In this document: positions 37,176 to 46,988 of the stretch, one piece after another
Layout of the letters: each line of letters opens with the position of its first letter
How positions within the stretch are numbered: position 1 is the first letter of the stretch
IMG/VR virus record: IMGVR_UViG_3300042876_000238
Location: 257 to 64,256 of that record
Source: a virus
Lineage: Duplodnaviria > Caudoviricetes
Strand: one strand, 5' to 3'
Length of the DNA stretch: 64,000 nt
The notes under the pieces: model-generated
What the model was told of the DNA's origin: nothing
Databases searched by the model: none
What the model saw: the letters and a program-made list of their open reading frames with translations, nothing else
Translations under genes and position numbers: made by a program

Positions 37176-37452
37176 CGCCTGACTGGATCGTGCTCTTCAG
37201 GTCCCTGAAGTCACCACGCAAGTCGTTCTGGTTGGCGAGTACGGCAGCCAGCTTCTCCTCGATGCGCGCAATGCGCTCCGCCGTCACCTGTTGTGATTCG
37301 AGTGCTGCGACACGAGCCTCGACACGGTTGACGATCGTTGTCCCTAAGACTAGGAAGATTCCAGTCTGGATAGCCATCGTGACGATGAACTCTGCCGACA
37401 AGAAGAACGTCTGTCGGCGGCGAGTGATGTCAGGCTCATTCGCTTCGGTCAT
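37153..37452 (-). CDS. Membrane protein with coiled coil
   Basis: One TM segment, RIARIEEKL. Confidence 0.65.
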   Translation of the reverse strand: MTEANEPDITRRRQTFFLSAEFIVTMAIQTGIFLVLGTTIVNRVEARVAALESQQVTAERIARIEEKLAAVLANQNDLRGDFRDLKSTIQSGDEHLFRK

Positions 37453-37518
37453 GCTCCGCTCCTTCTAGGCTTGCGGTCTTCCCGGCGTAGGAGCCTGCCG
37501 GGGCGTATCGTACGGTCT

Positions 37519-37758
37519 CTAATCACGTGTGTCGAGAGGGGTCGCCAACGCCGCCTTCCGGCAGGAGTGGTACAGGCTGTACATCTCCATGAGGGCGTTG
37601 GTCGTGTCCCCGAAGTCCTTGTGGGGGATGGCCCCTAGCTCAGGGCACTCCGCGACCACCGTCGGGCTGGGCTTGCACGCGGCCTCCCGCACGGGCTTGG
37701 TCGAGCAGCCCAGTAACGGCAGGGTCATGCACGCAATCGCGATAGACAGGTACTTCAC
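37519..37758 (-). CDS. o-spanin (Rz1-like lipoprotein)
   Basis: Lipobox LLGC; overlaps the i-spanin 3' end in another frame. Confidence 0.8.
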   Translation of the reverse strand: MKYLSIAIACMTLPLLGCSTKPVREAACKPSPTVVAECPELGAIPHKDFGDTTNALMEMYSLYHSCRKAALATPLDTRD

Positions 37759-37987
37759 GGGTGAGGGTCTCCACCTTGCGGTTGATGGTCTGCTGCACGA
37801 CCTTGATCTTGGCGATCTCGGCCGCCGCCCCTGCCTGCGCACGGGACTCGACGGCGGCGATGAGCTTCTGTTGCTCCGCCTGCTCCAACTGGGCGCTCTC
37901 GATCCCGAGGTTGCGCCCGTAGAAGAACGCGCCGATCCCGCTAGCGAGGTAGACCACCAGCAGGATGAGCGGGACGTACGGGTTCAT
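37640..37987 (-). CDS. i-spanin (Rz-like)
   Basis: N-terminal TM, coiled coil, PVYRDC. Confidence 0.8.
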   Translation of the reverse strand: MNPYVPLILLVVYLASGIGAFFYGRNLGIESAQLEQAEQQKLIAAVESRAQAGAAAEIAKIKVVQQTINRKVETLTREVPVYRDCVHDPAVTGLLDQARAGGRVQAQPDGGRGVP

Positions 37988-38190
37988 GCCTTGTCCGCCA
38001 GCGACTGCGTCGTGTAGAAGCGCAGGCCGATATTGATCAGCGCGCCCACCATCACCGTCGCTGCGGCCACCTTGGGGCCGAACATGGTCGTCACGTGCGA
38101 CCCCATCAGTTCGAGTCCGGCGAGGACCGTCAGGGCCGTGTTGACCCAGATGACCTTGGACTTCTTCGCGCCACGCAGTGTTTCGTTCAT
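37984..38190 (-). CDS. Holin (2 TM)
   Basis: KSK.IW.N...NIGLRFYT; between endolysin and spanins. Confidence 0.75.
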   Translation of the reverse strand: MNETLRGAKKSKVIWVNTALTVLAGLELMGSHVTTMFGPKVAAATVMVGALINIGLRFYTTQSLADKA

Positions 38191-38191
38191 G

Positions 38192-38662
38192 TCACTTCTC
38201 CACATCGACGAAGCCGGGAAGGTACACAGTCGTCGGACCCTTGGACTTGGTCGCGGTCACTTTCTGCTGCCGCGGCTTCTGCCCGTCCACCTGTACGGAG
38301 ATGTGGGTCCAGACTCCGAACTCGTGTATGCACTGATTGTAGGGCAAGTCCTTCAGGAAAGGCTCCAGCTTTCTGACGACCTCGATAGGCCGCATGCCCT
38401 GCACAAGGAAGTCGCAGGCCCTTCCCACCATATGCTCCGAAGTCGCGCTGCCGCCAACCATCTTGTTGAGCCACGGCGGCCGGTACCCTGACAGCACCGT
38501 GATCGGGCGGCCAAGATGGTCGCGGATCGGCTGCATGATGAGAGAGACGAGCCGCTGTAACTGGATGGTCGTCTCGGTCGTCGGCTCGATGATCCTGCCC
38601 TTGCGGGCCGCGGTCTCGGAGCGATGGAACTCGTGAAGCCAGAAATTCTTGGATAGCTGCAT
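38192..38662 (-). CDS. Endolysin, peptidase M15A family
   Basis: LSKNF.L.EF; SGYR...N..VGG...S.H..G.ACD; WTHIS. Confidence 0.9.
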   Translation of the reverse strand: MQLSKNFWLHEFHRSETAARKGRIIEPTTETTIQLQRLVSLIMQPIRDHLGRPITVLSGYRPPWLNKMVGGSATSEHMVGRACDFLVQGMRPIEVVRKLEPFLKDLPYNQCIHEFGVWTHISVQVDGQKPRQQKVTATKSKGPTTVYLPGFVDVEK

Positions 38663-38671
38663 ATGCCCTCC

Positions 38672-39670
38672 CTACGGAACCTGCCGTGCGACTATGAATG
38701 ACCCTTTCATCACCGTCGTATTGTTGACGGCGTCGAGGGCGTTCGGCCCCCATGCGATGTTGAGCGTCGGTGCGTTCGCGCCGGTATCGACTATAGCCAT
38801 GATCCGAACGGCGAACTGCGCGTTGACGAAGTTGCCGTTAAGCACTGGTATCGTGCCGCTCGCGCCGGGCTGGTGAATCTGTATTCCGCAAGTCACTGGC
38901 CCTTGTGAGGTATCACTGCCTCCGGTCGCAGCCATGCCAGTACTTTGGGTGATGACGAGCACGTTCGACTCTTGGAACGCGTTGAAAGACGCATTAAAGT
39001 CCTGATCGGAGTCGAGACGGAACTTGAAGTCCGGCGTCGTAGACGTCTGCACCAGCAGGCAGACTTCAAGCAGGTATTGGGTATTGGCGGCGAGTAGGAG
39101 GCTAAGGTCTGTATCGGCGGTCAGCGCGGTCGTATTGACCCGCGCCTCGTCGTTCGGTTTCTGTATGTAGAGGACCGTCTCCGCTTCAGCAGCATCCACG
39201 CGCTCTACTGCGAGCCAAGACCCCTGTTTAATAATCGCCTGCTGTCCAGCAGTATTACTGAGCGTATTCTGCGCGTGTCTGATGGAGATGGTACCTGCTG
39301 TATCCGTCCAAACAATACATTCGCAAAACACAAAACCGCGGTGGCTTGTCGTAGCACTGCCGTTAATGAGGAACCCTGTGCCGTTGAATGCAGCGACATC
39401 GCTGGAGGATAGGTTTGAAGTAGGCGCGGTCAGCGAAGTTATAGTGCCGACGCCTTTATGGAACCGCATACCAGCGCAGTGAGCCAACGTACCCGAATAA
39501 TGCATGTCGTACGCAACGTCGCCCGTCGTGCCGCCGTACACGTTTACGCAGAACAGCAGCCGATAGATCGCCCCCGCAGCTAGGTCCGCCTGCAGTACAG
39601 GATCTGCAACGCGAGTAACAGAATTGAGAATACTGTTGTCGGAAGTGCGACGTTTGATGACGAGCGGCAT
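38672..39670 (-). CDS. Tail fibre-associated protein with two tandem similar domains
   Basis: Two halves, each K.....N.....D..L...L.A...Y.L and ending K.GS(W/F). Confidence 0.6.
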   Translation of the reverse strand: MPLVIKRRTSDNSILNSVTRVADPVLQADLAAGAIYRLLFCVNVYGGTTGDVAYDMHYSGTLAHCAGMRFHKGVGTITSLTAPTSNLSSSDVAAFNGTGFLINGSATTSHRGFVFCECIVWTDTAGTISIRHAQNTLSNTAGQQAIIKQGSWLAVERVDAAEAETVLYIQKPNDEARVNTTALTADTDLSLLLAANTQYLLEVCLLVQTSTTPDFKFRLDSDQDFNASFNAFQESNVLVITQSTGMAATGGSDTSQGPVTCGIQIHQPGASGTIPVLNGNFVNAQFAVRIMAIVDTGANAPTLNIAWGPNALDAVNNTTVMKGSFIVARQVP

Positions 39671-40164
39671 CAGTTCAACTTCCGTAGAAGGGCAAACAGT
39701 TTTACCGTCTGTGCTACAGCCGAATAGTCACGAAGCTGGAACTTCAGAACCTGCGGCGCACCACCCACTTGGATGACGAAACTGCCGCCCAGACTTGCAG
39801 TACGGCTTGCCGCACCGCTGCTCGAACTATGCCCGAACGTAATCGGCGAGCCGTCACCGCACATCGTATAGAAGAACGGCCCTACGCCAGCGGGGAATCC
39901 AAGCGAGTTGACTGGAATCAGTTCGTGCCCGTGCCCATATCCTCCCATGTTGTCGCTGGTGCAGAAGATACGAACGAGGTGATCTGCGACACCAAGCGCG
40001 CCTTGGATACGGCAGAAGTACTGCATGTAGTAGTCGCCATTGGCGTCGAGCGTGATCGACCCGACATCGATGAAAGTCGAGTTGTTGACTGCGGGCAGGG
40101 TCGTGAACGTATTGATGTACGGCAGGCTAGCCCCAACCGCTGCGAACATCTGCAAGATGCTCAC
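39670..40164 (-). CDS. Tail fibre-associated hypothetical protein
   Basis: GTGA and TGATG overlaps. Confidence 0.6.
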   Translation of the reverse strand: MSILQMFAAVGASLPYINTFTTLPAVNNSTFIDVGSITLDANGDYYMQYFCRIQGALGVADHLVRIFCTSDNMGGYGHGHELIPVNSLGFPAGVGPFFYTMCGDGSPITFGHSSSSGAASRTASLGGSFVIQVGGAPQVLKFQLRDYSAVAQTVKLFALLRKLN

Positions 40165-43100
40165 GACAGCCCCACCCCGAAGCAAACCCACACGGTGCTG
40201 GTGACTTTGCGGCAGGTGATGACACCGTACTGGGCGACGGTGCGGGTTCCCGTCACACCGGTCGGCAGCCAGTACATCGTGTCCGAAGTGATCGCAACGG
40301 ACACCGCGCTGGAGTCGATATTGCAGACAGAGAACGTGAATCCGATCGGGAGTGCCACGGAAGCGTTCGCCGGGATTGTGTAGATATCCCCCGCGCCGTC
40401 GCCTACCAGATGGTCGATCGAGCGCCCATTGTCAGTAAGCTGGATCGTGTAGTTGCCAGTCTGGTTATTCTGCGGGATACCAATGCGAAGGTTGTTATGC
40501 AGAACCTTCTTCATTTCAGCCGCAGAAGTGTCGTACGAGAGCAGGAAGTCAGCCTGCTCGTCAGGCAAAGTGTCCGCCGTAAAGCTGTCGACGGTGATCT
40601 GTTCGATGTCTCCGCTTCCAGCAGTGACTCGTCCGAGAAGCCTGTTCGTGTTGACGGCTTGCATCTTCGAGAAATTCACTGCGCGCGGATCTATCGTCCA
40701 CACGCGACCGGCGTTCGATACAGTGATGTCGCCTTTGTCCCCGTCGCTGAGTCGTGGTATGGCTCCGGGGAAGAATCCACCCAGAGTGTCGTACGGCTCT
40801 ACGCCTTCCGGAGTCGGGTAGGCGAACGGTCCAGAAAGATTGAACGTCAACTCTACGTCGGGGCGGCTATCGCTCGTAGCCTCAGCAAACGCCCACATCG
40901 GTTCGAGGGCGTACTCGCCACCAGTACTGTAGTCGTTCAATAGCGCGATAGACTCATCGAGTACGCCGTTACGATATACACGTACGTAACCTTCGGCATA
41001 GTCAACTAAGAAGCCGACGATATCGTTGTCGAGTATGACTAGCGAGTCTGAGCCAGTAGAGCCGTTGTCGTTGAAAAGTGCATCGATATCAAAACTTGCG
41101 CGATAATATGAACCAGCCTCGAACAGGCACGATCCGCCACCTAAAGAAGCGACACCTATCTGGATGCCGGAATCGTCACCCGTAGTGCCGCTGACCGACA
41201 CCTCGAAATACCTGCGTTGCAGATTGCCGTTGGCGTCTTTCGGCATGATCGGGCGCGTCGCGCGGGCAACACCGTTATTGAACCTGTTACTTGCGCGGGG
41301 GCGATACCGCACGGTTAGTTTGTCGGGCGCAATACCGACGTCTCCGTCTGCCAAACTCGCTCCACCGATATCCAGCGTCGTAAACGGAAGTGTTGCCCTG
41401 CCGTTGATCTGGAGCCGCATATGGAGGGTGTTGCCGGGACTATCCTCAAAACCGTTGTAGTGCCAGCCAAAGCCATCCGCACGCCGCATATCGTTACCGC
41501 CGTAGACCGGCCCGACGGGCGTCCAGACAATTCCCGGCGTATGAAATCCTGCGCGGAACAGTACGTGTGATACGAGCAGTGGTGCAGTGGTGTCGCCGTT
41601 CGCCCAAGTCACTGCGCCGCCGCTGTCTGCTTCTGCCGCGTAGATACGGAACTTATGAATGCCGTCAGCCTGCGCAGTGAAGTGAATGACTACCCAGCCT
41701 CCAGTATCAGCCGGAATGCCGCTCTCTCCCATCTTGACTGCGGTCAGCCGCCATACCGATCCGTGATCGGTGAGAGGGTCACGACGGTCAGATACAGACT
41801 CTTCCCATGAAGGCGTACCGGTGCTGCGGTACAGTCCGCCACGTTCGTTACTCGACGGATCGACATAAGTCACGCCGATGGGCTGCCTCGTAGAAGTCGT
41901 CCTGCCGCGTGTCAATACGGCGAACGTGTACTTCTGCCCGTTCACGAGCAGGAAGCTTTGCTCTATGTAACGGTCAGTAACCGTCGAAGATGCCGCTCGT
42001 AGCTCCGTTGTCGCCGTCCCAGCGGGACGAGTAATGGTCAATCCACTATTGACCCAAGCCGGTCCCTGACAGGATGAGTCGTCAGTCTCGCCGCCGACCC
42101 AGTTTTCGTCGCCGTTATAGTCGACGCCCACAGAAGCAAGGTGCCAGTAGTAGTCACCAATCTGTTTGGTGACGACCGCCGACGGACTTGGGTGGAGGCC
42201 GATCTCAGGTTCCGTCGTGATCGGCCAGCCAGTACCAGATGACTTATAGTGCCGCCGAACGCTCAGGATGTGCCCGGACTCAGCATCCAGCGGCATAGGG
42301 TGTGACCACATGACGTTGGAGTGCCGGTATAGGTCTCGTTCCCAACTGCATGCACCAAACGGCGCTTCAGTGTTGTAGTTGCGATACAGGAACGCCGCGG
42401 AACAGACCGTACCGCTGGCCTTACCGCGAGACACAGTGAACGTGGTGGAGAGATCCGCTTCCTGCAGCACTTTGTAGATGATCATCTCGGCTGCGCCGGG
42501 GGAGACTGTCGTGTTCTCCTTCTCCAGATAGATCATTTCCCAGCTAGAAGGCTTAATCATGAAGCGTTCGCTGCTATATACAATTCCGCTGAACGAACTC
42601 ATGACACTGACCCAGACACACAGATCTCCTGCCTGTGCGCCTGTCAAGTTGATGGACGGCGTAAGCGTCGTCTCCGTGCCGCAACCGAGGTCTGCGACAT
42701 CGATAAGCGTGGGCGGTCCTACGTCAGCCCCATCGCCAGTACTCAGGTCGATCTCGTTGTCAGTCTGATTGATCGTGATGGAACTGTCGTTGCTGGTGAT
42801 CGAGCGAAAGCGATGAACGCGCGGATTAGCGCCAGTGATTGTGTCGCGATATACGTCAGCACCAGCACCTAGATTGGAGCCTATGTAGTCGGCTCCATTG
42901 AAGTTGTTAACTGTGTTCGACTCACCCGCCTGAAAGCCGCCAAGCACATCCTCCAACTCGTAGAGTCGGACGAAGCTGTCGAGCGCGGCTTTGGAGTTAC
43001 GACGTTCGTGCGTCTCGATCGCCTCGCGCATTGCACGGAGCGCGTTCGTGTGCGAAGTGATTGAGTCGTCGATCGTCGGGATGGCAGGGTACTGCCGGTT

Positions 43101-43175
43101 CCCGTCGAAGCTGATGCCACGGTTGCGAAGACGACGGATGACTTCCTTGACGTCCCGGATGAGCTTGTTCGCCAT
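40161..43175 (-). CDS. Tail fibre / receptor-binding protein with SPRY-like (ConA) domain
   Basis: N-terminal anchor; YFEV...DIVGFLVDY..G....YRNG; C-terminal TVWVCFGVGLS; lower GC. Confidence 0.7.
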   Translation of the reverse strand: MANKLIRDVKEVIRRLRNRGISFDGNRQYPAIPTIDDSITSHTNALRAMREAIETHERRNSKAALDSFVRLYELEDVLGGFQAGESNTVNNFNGADYIGSNLGAGADVYRDTITGANPRVHRFRSITSNDSSITINQTDNEIDLSTGDGADVGPPTLIDVADLGCGTETTLTPSINLTGAQAGDLCVWVSVMSSFSGIVYSSERFMIKPSSWEMIYLEKENTTVSPGAAEMIIYKVLQEADLSTTFTVSRGKASGTVCSAAFLYRNYNTEAPFGACSWERDLYRHSNVMWSHPMPLDAESGHILSVRRHYKSSGTGWPITTEPEIGLHPSPSAVVTKQIGDYYWHLASVGVDYNGDENWVGGETDDSSCQGPAWVNSGLTITRPAGTATTELRAASSTVTDRYIEQSFLLVNGQKYTFAVLTRGRTTSTRQPIGVTYVDPSSNERGGLYRSTGTPSWEESVSDRRDPLTDHGSVWRLTAVKMGESGIPADTGGWVVIHFTAQADGIHKFRIYAAEADSGGAVTWANGDTTAPLLVSHVLFRAGFHTPGIVWTPVGPVYGGNDMRRADGFGWHYNGFEDSPGNTLHMRLQINGRATLPFTTLDIGGASLADGDVGIAPDKLTVRYRPRASNRFNNGVARATRPIMPKDANGNLQRRYFEVSVSGTTGDDSGIQIGVASLGGGSCLFEAGSYYRASFDIDALFNDNGSTGSDSLVILDNDIVGFLVDYAEGYVRVYRNGVLDESIALLNDYSTGGEYALEPMWAFAEATSDSRPDVELTFNLSGPFAYPTPEGVEPYDTLGGFFPGAIPRLSDGDKGDITVSNAGRVWTIDPRAVNFSKMQAVNTNRLLGRVTAGSGDIEQITVDSFTADTLPDEQADFLLSYDTSAAEMKKVLHNNLRIGIPQNNQTGNYTIQLTDNGRSIDHLVGDGAGDIYTIPANASVALPIGFTFSVCNIDSSAVSVAITSDTMYWLPTGVTGTRTVAQYGVITCRKVTSTVWVCFGVGLS

Positions 43176-45037
43176 CAGACCCTCTCCAACTCCTTGCCCG
43201 TCTCCGCAATCTGTACGGAGTAGACGTTGGAGTTGCTGGCAAGCTCGAACTGCCAGATGTCGCGCTTGAACCCGGTCGGCAGGCGCATGATGTCTTCGCC
43301 GGTGATCGCGTTGTCGTACACCAGTTGCCCGCCAGCCCACGCCCTGAAGCGCGTAACCGCAGGCTGCGAAGAGAGCGGCGGCGACAGGTTATAGAGTTCA
43401 CTTCCGCCGAGCGGACCGCGGTTCTGCGTCTCCGTCCATGAGAAGTACATGTCGCTGACGTTCTTCTTCATCGCACGGTTCAGCGGGCGCATGTTCAGCG
43501 TGTTGAGCGGTTGCTGGATGCGCGCGTCATTGAACGTCTGGTAGTACGCCGAGTTCGTCTGGTCCGGGACGTACGCCTGCGCCTGAGTGATGAATTTGAT
43601 CTTCACCGCACCGAAATTGACCGGCTTCGGCAGGTGGAACTCCTTCGAGCGCCATTGCCAGAACAGCCGCTCTTCGGTGTTGGGGTCCCACTCGAACACG
43701 CGTCCCGCGCGGAGGATGTAGACGTTACCGGTGTACTTGTCCGTCGTCACCGAAGTGACTTGGTCGAAGAAGTCCAGTTCGATGAGCTTGGTTTTCGGCT
43801 CCGTCGGGTTGAACACGAATCCGAAGTTCGGCGCGTTGAACGCGATGTACTGGAGTCCGAGCGGTGCAGCGAAGATGTTGCGTGGGGAATAGTCTTCCCA
43901 CTCCTCCTTCGTCAGTACGTCCGTCGTAATGACGTTGACGCCACCAGCGTTCACCATCACGAGGCCGTTGAGCGACGGGTAGTACGCGCCAGCAACTGTA
44001 GCGACCATGCCGCGCCGGGACAGGCAGGGCTCGACTGCATCCATCTTCTGCATCGTGAAGGACTGCGGCGTGACGCCCTGCCCGAGGTACGGCTGCGACT
44101 TCGTACCGATGACGAGCGCGGTCCCCCACACGACCATGCCGACAACCTCGAACTCGGTCGAGATCTGGTACTCGGTCGGCCAAGCGTGCGGGCGATACGG
44201 TTCGGAGAAGCAGATCGTCTTGCCCTTCCACCCTACGAGGTAGCCGTTCGGCATCATCACCCAACCGTCGAGGTCGTTGGGTGGCGGCTGCCAGTACACG
44301 CTTTCGAGGATGTTGTTGAGCGATACAACGTCGTCGGCGATATTGTCGACGAACGTCGTCGTGACCATGTCATTGATCTCGCCGACATAGAAGTACGACG
44401 TAGACGCGTTGCCCGTGACGGTGCGATAGATACGCCGCTTGACGACGTTACGGTTCGCAGCGTCCTCGACGCTCGTCGAGATGTTCGACAGGTTGATCGT
44501 CTCGTCGGACGGTGCGGTGACGAGCGTCGGAGTGGAAGGGGGGCCCTCCTCTCCATAGGCGGTCACGAACGTATAGACGTAAGCCTTGGTGACTTCCGTC
44601 GCCACGCCGCCGCCTGCGGGCGTACACGTGAGCGCGTTCGGAGGCTGCGGCACGCCGAGGTAGTACGGATCGAGCCCAGCGAGAATCCTGTCACGCGTGT
44701 TGTACAGGGGCCTCGCGTATGTCGCGCCGGTCCAGTAGTACCGGTCGAACGAATCGTTCAGGACGGGAGAACGGATGACGTCGGTCGTCGGATCGGCAAA
44801 GGTCTGCCAGAACTCGTGAACGTCTCCGTACGCGTCGATCCACTCCCAGCGGTACGCGCGCTTGACTTCGTACGCGAGGAGGGAGAAGTCCTGCAGCAGT
44901 CGCGGAACACGAAGTCCGCGAATCTCGCCGCTCAGGAGCTTGACGTTGCGGGCGACCGTCGCGGCTGGATTTGGCAGAAGCCGCTTCGATTGCCGCGGGA
45001 TCAGTCCGCCGAAATCTTCCAGCCGGATTGCGGTCAT
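43175..45037 (-). CDS. Tail nozzle / tubular protein B-like
   Basis: FGG.IPR, YVYTFVT.YGEEGPPS, FSEPY.PHAWP, WRSK.F. Confidence 0.8.
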   Translation of the reverse strand: MTAIRLEDFGGLIPRQSKRLLPNPAATVARNVKLLSGEIRGLRVPRLLQDFSLLAYEVKRAYRWEWIDAYGDVHEFWQTFADPTTDVIRSPVLNDSFDRYYWTGATYARPLYNTRDRILAGLDPYYLGVPQPPNALTCTPAGGGVATEVTKAYVYTFVTAYGEEGPPSTPTLVTAPSDETINLSNISTSVEDAANRNVVKRRIYRTVTGNASTSYFYVGEINDMVTTTFVDNIADDVVSLNNILESVYWQPPPNDLDGWVMMPNGYLVGWKGKTICFSEPYRPHAWPTEYQISTEFEVVGMVVWGTALVIGTKSQPYLGQGVTPQSFTMQKMDAVEPCLSRRGMVATVAGAYYPSLNGLVMVNAGGVNVITTDVLTKEEWEDYSPRNIFAAPLGLQYIAFNAPNFGFVFNPTEPKTKLIELDFFDQVTSVTTDKYTGNVYILRAGRVFEWDPNTEERLFWQWRSKEFHLPKPVNFGAVKIKFITQAQAYVPDQTNSAYYQTFNDARIQQPLNTLNMRPLNRAMKKNVSDMYFSWTETQNRGPLGGSELYNLSPPLSSQPAVTRFRAWAGGQLVYDNAITGEDIMRLPTGFKRDIWQFELASNSNVYSVQIAETGKELERV

Positions 45038-45041
45038 TGGA

Positions 45042-45932
45042 TCATCCCGTGTACATGATGTAGCACAGCGCGTAGTACGGCGGCAGCGTATCGACGGTCG
45101 CGGTGTGCGTGTGAGCGCCGTCCGAGGAGATCGTGTGGGTGTGCGCGTTGCCACTGCCAGCAGACGTCGTCGCCACCTGCCCGTCGAGGTTGGGGCTACC
45201 CTGTTCGGTAATGAAGTCTATGTCCGCTCCAGAAGAGCTTGCGTTCGACCCACGATAGCCGACGTTATGCGTATGCGCTGGCATCTGGTCGACCGTCAGA
45301 GACGTCCCGCCAGTTGCACCGGAGTGCGTGTGTGCGCCTTCTGACGAAGTCGTGATCGCGTCGGTAGCTGCGCCGCCAGTGGCGGCCGGGGCATATGCGC
45401 CACCTGCGCCGACGATGAACCGGCCGCGAAGATCCGGCGTACCGTTAGTGCCGTCGCACAGGGACCAGCCAGTCGGGATCGAGACGACCGAGCCGCTCCA
45501 CAGCATGATCATGCCGTTGATGTAGACGCTGTCGGTCGGAATCGAGACGTTCGATCCGAGCGCGCCTGAGTCAATCGTGTAGCCGCCAAGGTTCAGGTTG
45601 CCGCCGAGCGTGTCGCCTGAACGCTGCAGGAAGCGCTCCATCGTCCCCTTCGTGTCGCGAAGCTCGCAACGGGTAACGGTATTCGTGAACGCCTGCGCCA
45701 GCGTGCCCTCCTGCGCTCGCTGCACGGTGAGCAAGTCACCTGAACGCGCCGTGCACTTCATCACCTCGATGTTGGCGGTATTGTCTTCGAGCGTCAGCAT
45801 GAACCAGTCACCACCGGTGGGCGAAGGGAACAGCGCACCGTAACCCGCCTGAACCTGTACGGTCAGGTCGGAATCGATGATGCTCACCGCAAGCGTAGCG
45901 CTGGCACCGTTAGAGAAGAGTTGCTTCGCCAC
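45042..45932 (-). CDS. Tail collar / short fibre protein
   Basis: IPTGW.LCDGTNGTPDLRGRF..GAG; HTH repeats; LPPYYAL.YIM. Confidence 0.85.
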   Translation of the reverse strand: MAKQLFSNGASATLAVSIIDSDLTVQVQAGYGALFPSPTGGDWFMLTLEDNTANIEVMKCTARSGDLLTVQRAQEGTLAQAFTNTVTRCELRDTKGTMERFLQRSGDTLGGNLNLGGYTIDSGALGSNVSIPTDSVYINGMIMLWSGSVVSIPTGWSLCDGTNGTPDLRGRFIVGAGGAYAPAATGGAATDAITTSSEGAHTHSGATGGTSLTVDQMPAHTHNVGYRGSNASSSGADIDFITEQGSPNLDGQVATTSAGSGNAHTHTISSDGAHTHTATVDTLPPYYALCYIMYTG

Positions 45933-45941
45933 GACCTACTC

Positions 45942-46568
45942 CTACTTGCCGAAACGCGGGAACGACCAGTTCTGCGCGTTGTTGTGACCCTGCTTGGCGT
46001 CACCCGACGCCTGCTGGATCGATGTGCGGAAGCGGCGCAGGTGATACTCCGCGCCAGTGAGGTTCGAGTACGCCTTTGCCGGATGTGCGTAGAGCCTGCC
46101 GAGCGTACCGTCGAGCAACGCATCGTAGTACCGCTGGAACACCCAGTCAGGAAGCACCGTCGCGGTGATCGTCGGCACCAGCGAGATATGGAACCGAAGA
46201 CCATCCGCCTGATCCTGATTCGGTGTGGGCCATACCGATACCGCGCCGGGCTCAGGCGAGAACCATGCCCACGGACTGATACCTGTCGTATCCGTACCGG
46301 GCGGACGGCCAGCCAGCTTGTTGAGGGGACGACCGTTGAACTCGACAGCGTCGACCGCCAGCAGTTCGGAGTTCGTCGGGTCGGTGGGGACGGGCGTGTA
46401 CTCCGCCTGATCCGCGACCACCGCGACCGGCGGCAGGGTCTCGCGCCATGCACGGCTCTGCGAGAAGAACTCACGTGCCGCAAGGCGGAACTCGCGCGTC
46501 GCCACCGTTCGCGAGACGCCCGGCGTACGCGGCAGCAGATCCTTCAGCCAGACATTGATGTCGGTCAT
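45942..46568 (-). CDS. Tail adaptor / tubular protein A-like
   Basis: Position; AAREF...W, G...RL...P. Confidence 0.7.
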   Translation of the reverse strand: MTDINVWLKDLLPRTPGVSRTVATREFRLAAREFFSQSRAWRETLPPVAVVADQAEYTPVPTDPTNSELLAVDAVEFNGRPLNKLAGRPPGTDTTGISPWAWFSPEPGAVSVWPTPNQDQADGLRFHISLVPTITATVLPDWVFQRYYDALLDGTLGRLYAHPAKAYSNLTGAEYHLRRFRTSIQQASGDAKQGHNNAQNWSFPRFGK

Positions 46569-46918
46569 ATGCCCACCAACTCAGTCTTGAAGTTCGCGAG
46601 CAGCGCCGCCGCCCTGCCGTCGTTCGTGAACTCGTCGTCCACGATCTCAGCCCACGCCACGATGAACGAGACGAGCGGCGAGTAGAACTGCATCGGCAAC
46701 GGGAAGGTTGTATCGATCGCGGCGAGCGTCACCTCCGGGATGACGATGTCGCCGTTCGAGAAAGTGTCCCAGAACGCGTCCGGGCGGATGCGACCCATCG
46801 ATTGCAGGCCGCGGTTGAGCTTGTTGACGAGAAGGTCGTCGCTGTAGCGATACGGTTCGAGCGTATCCTGCAGAATCTCTCGGGCCTCCGTCAGAAGCGT
46901 GGCGTAAGTTTTCGCCAT
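46565..46918 (-). CDS. Head-tail adaptor-like protein
   Basis: AR..LQD....RYSD..L...N.......RPD; GGAGAGG RBS. Confidence 0.7.
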   Translation of the reverse strand: MAKTYATLLTEAREILQDTLEPYRYSDDLLVNKLNRGLQSMGRIRPDAFWDTFSNGDIVIPEVTLAAIDTTFPLPMQFYSPLVSFIVAWAEIVDDEFTNDGRAAALLANFKTELVGI

Positions 46919-46931
46919 CACCCTCTCCTTG

Positions 46932-46963
46932 AAAAATCCCCCGGAGGGCTACCTCCGGGGGAT
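46932..46963 (-). terminator. Terminator after capsid gene
   Basis: ATCCCCCGGAGG/CCTCCGGGGGAT stem with T5 on the - strand. Confidence 0.85.
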
Positions 46964-46988
46964 CGGTCTGCCCGACCGTCAGGGAAGG

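Noticed and set aside
38672-43175. Diversity-generating retroelement acting on tail fibre
   Set aside because: No reverse transcriptase and no TR/VR repeat pair seen.
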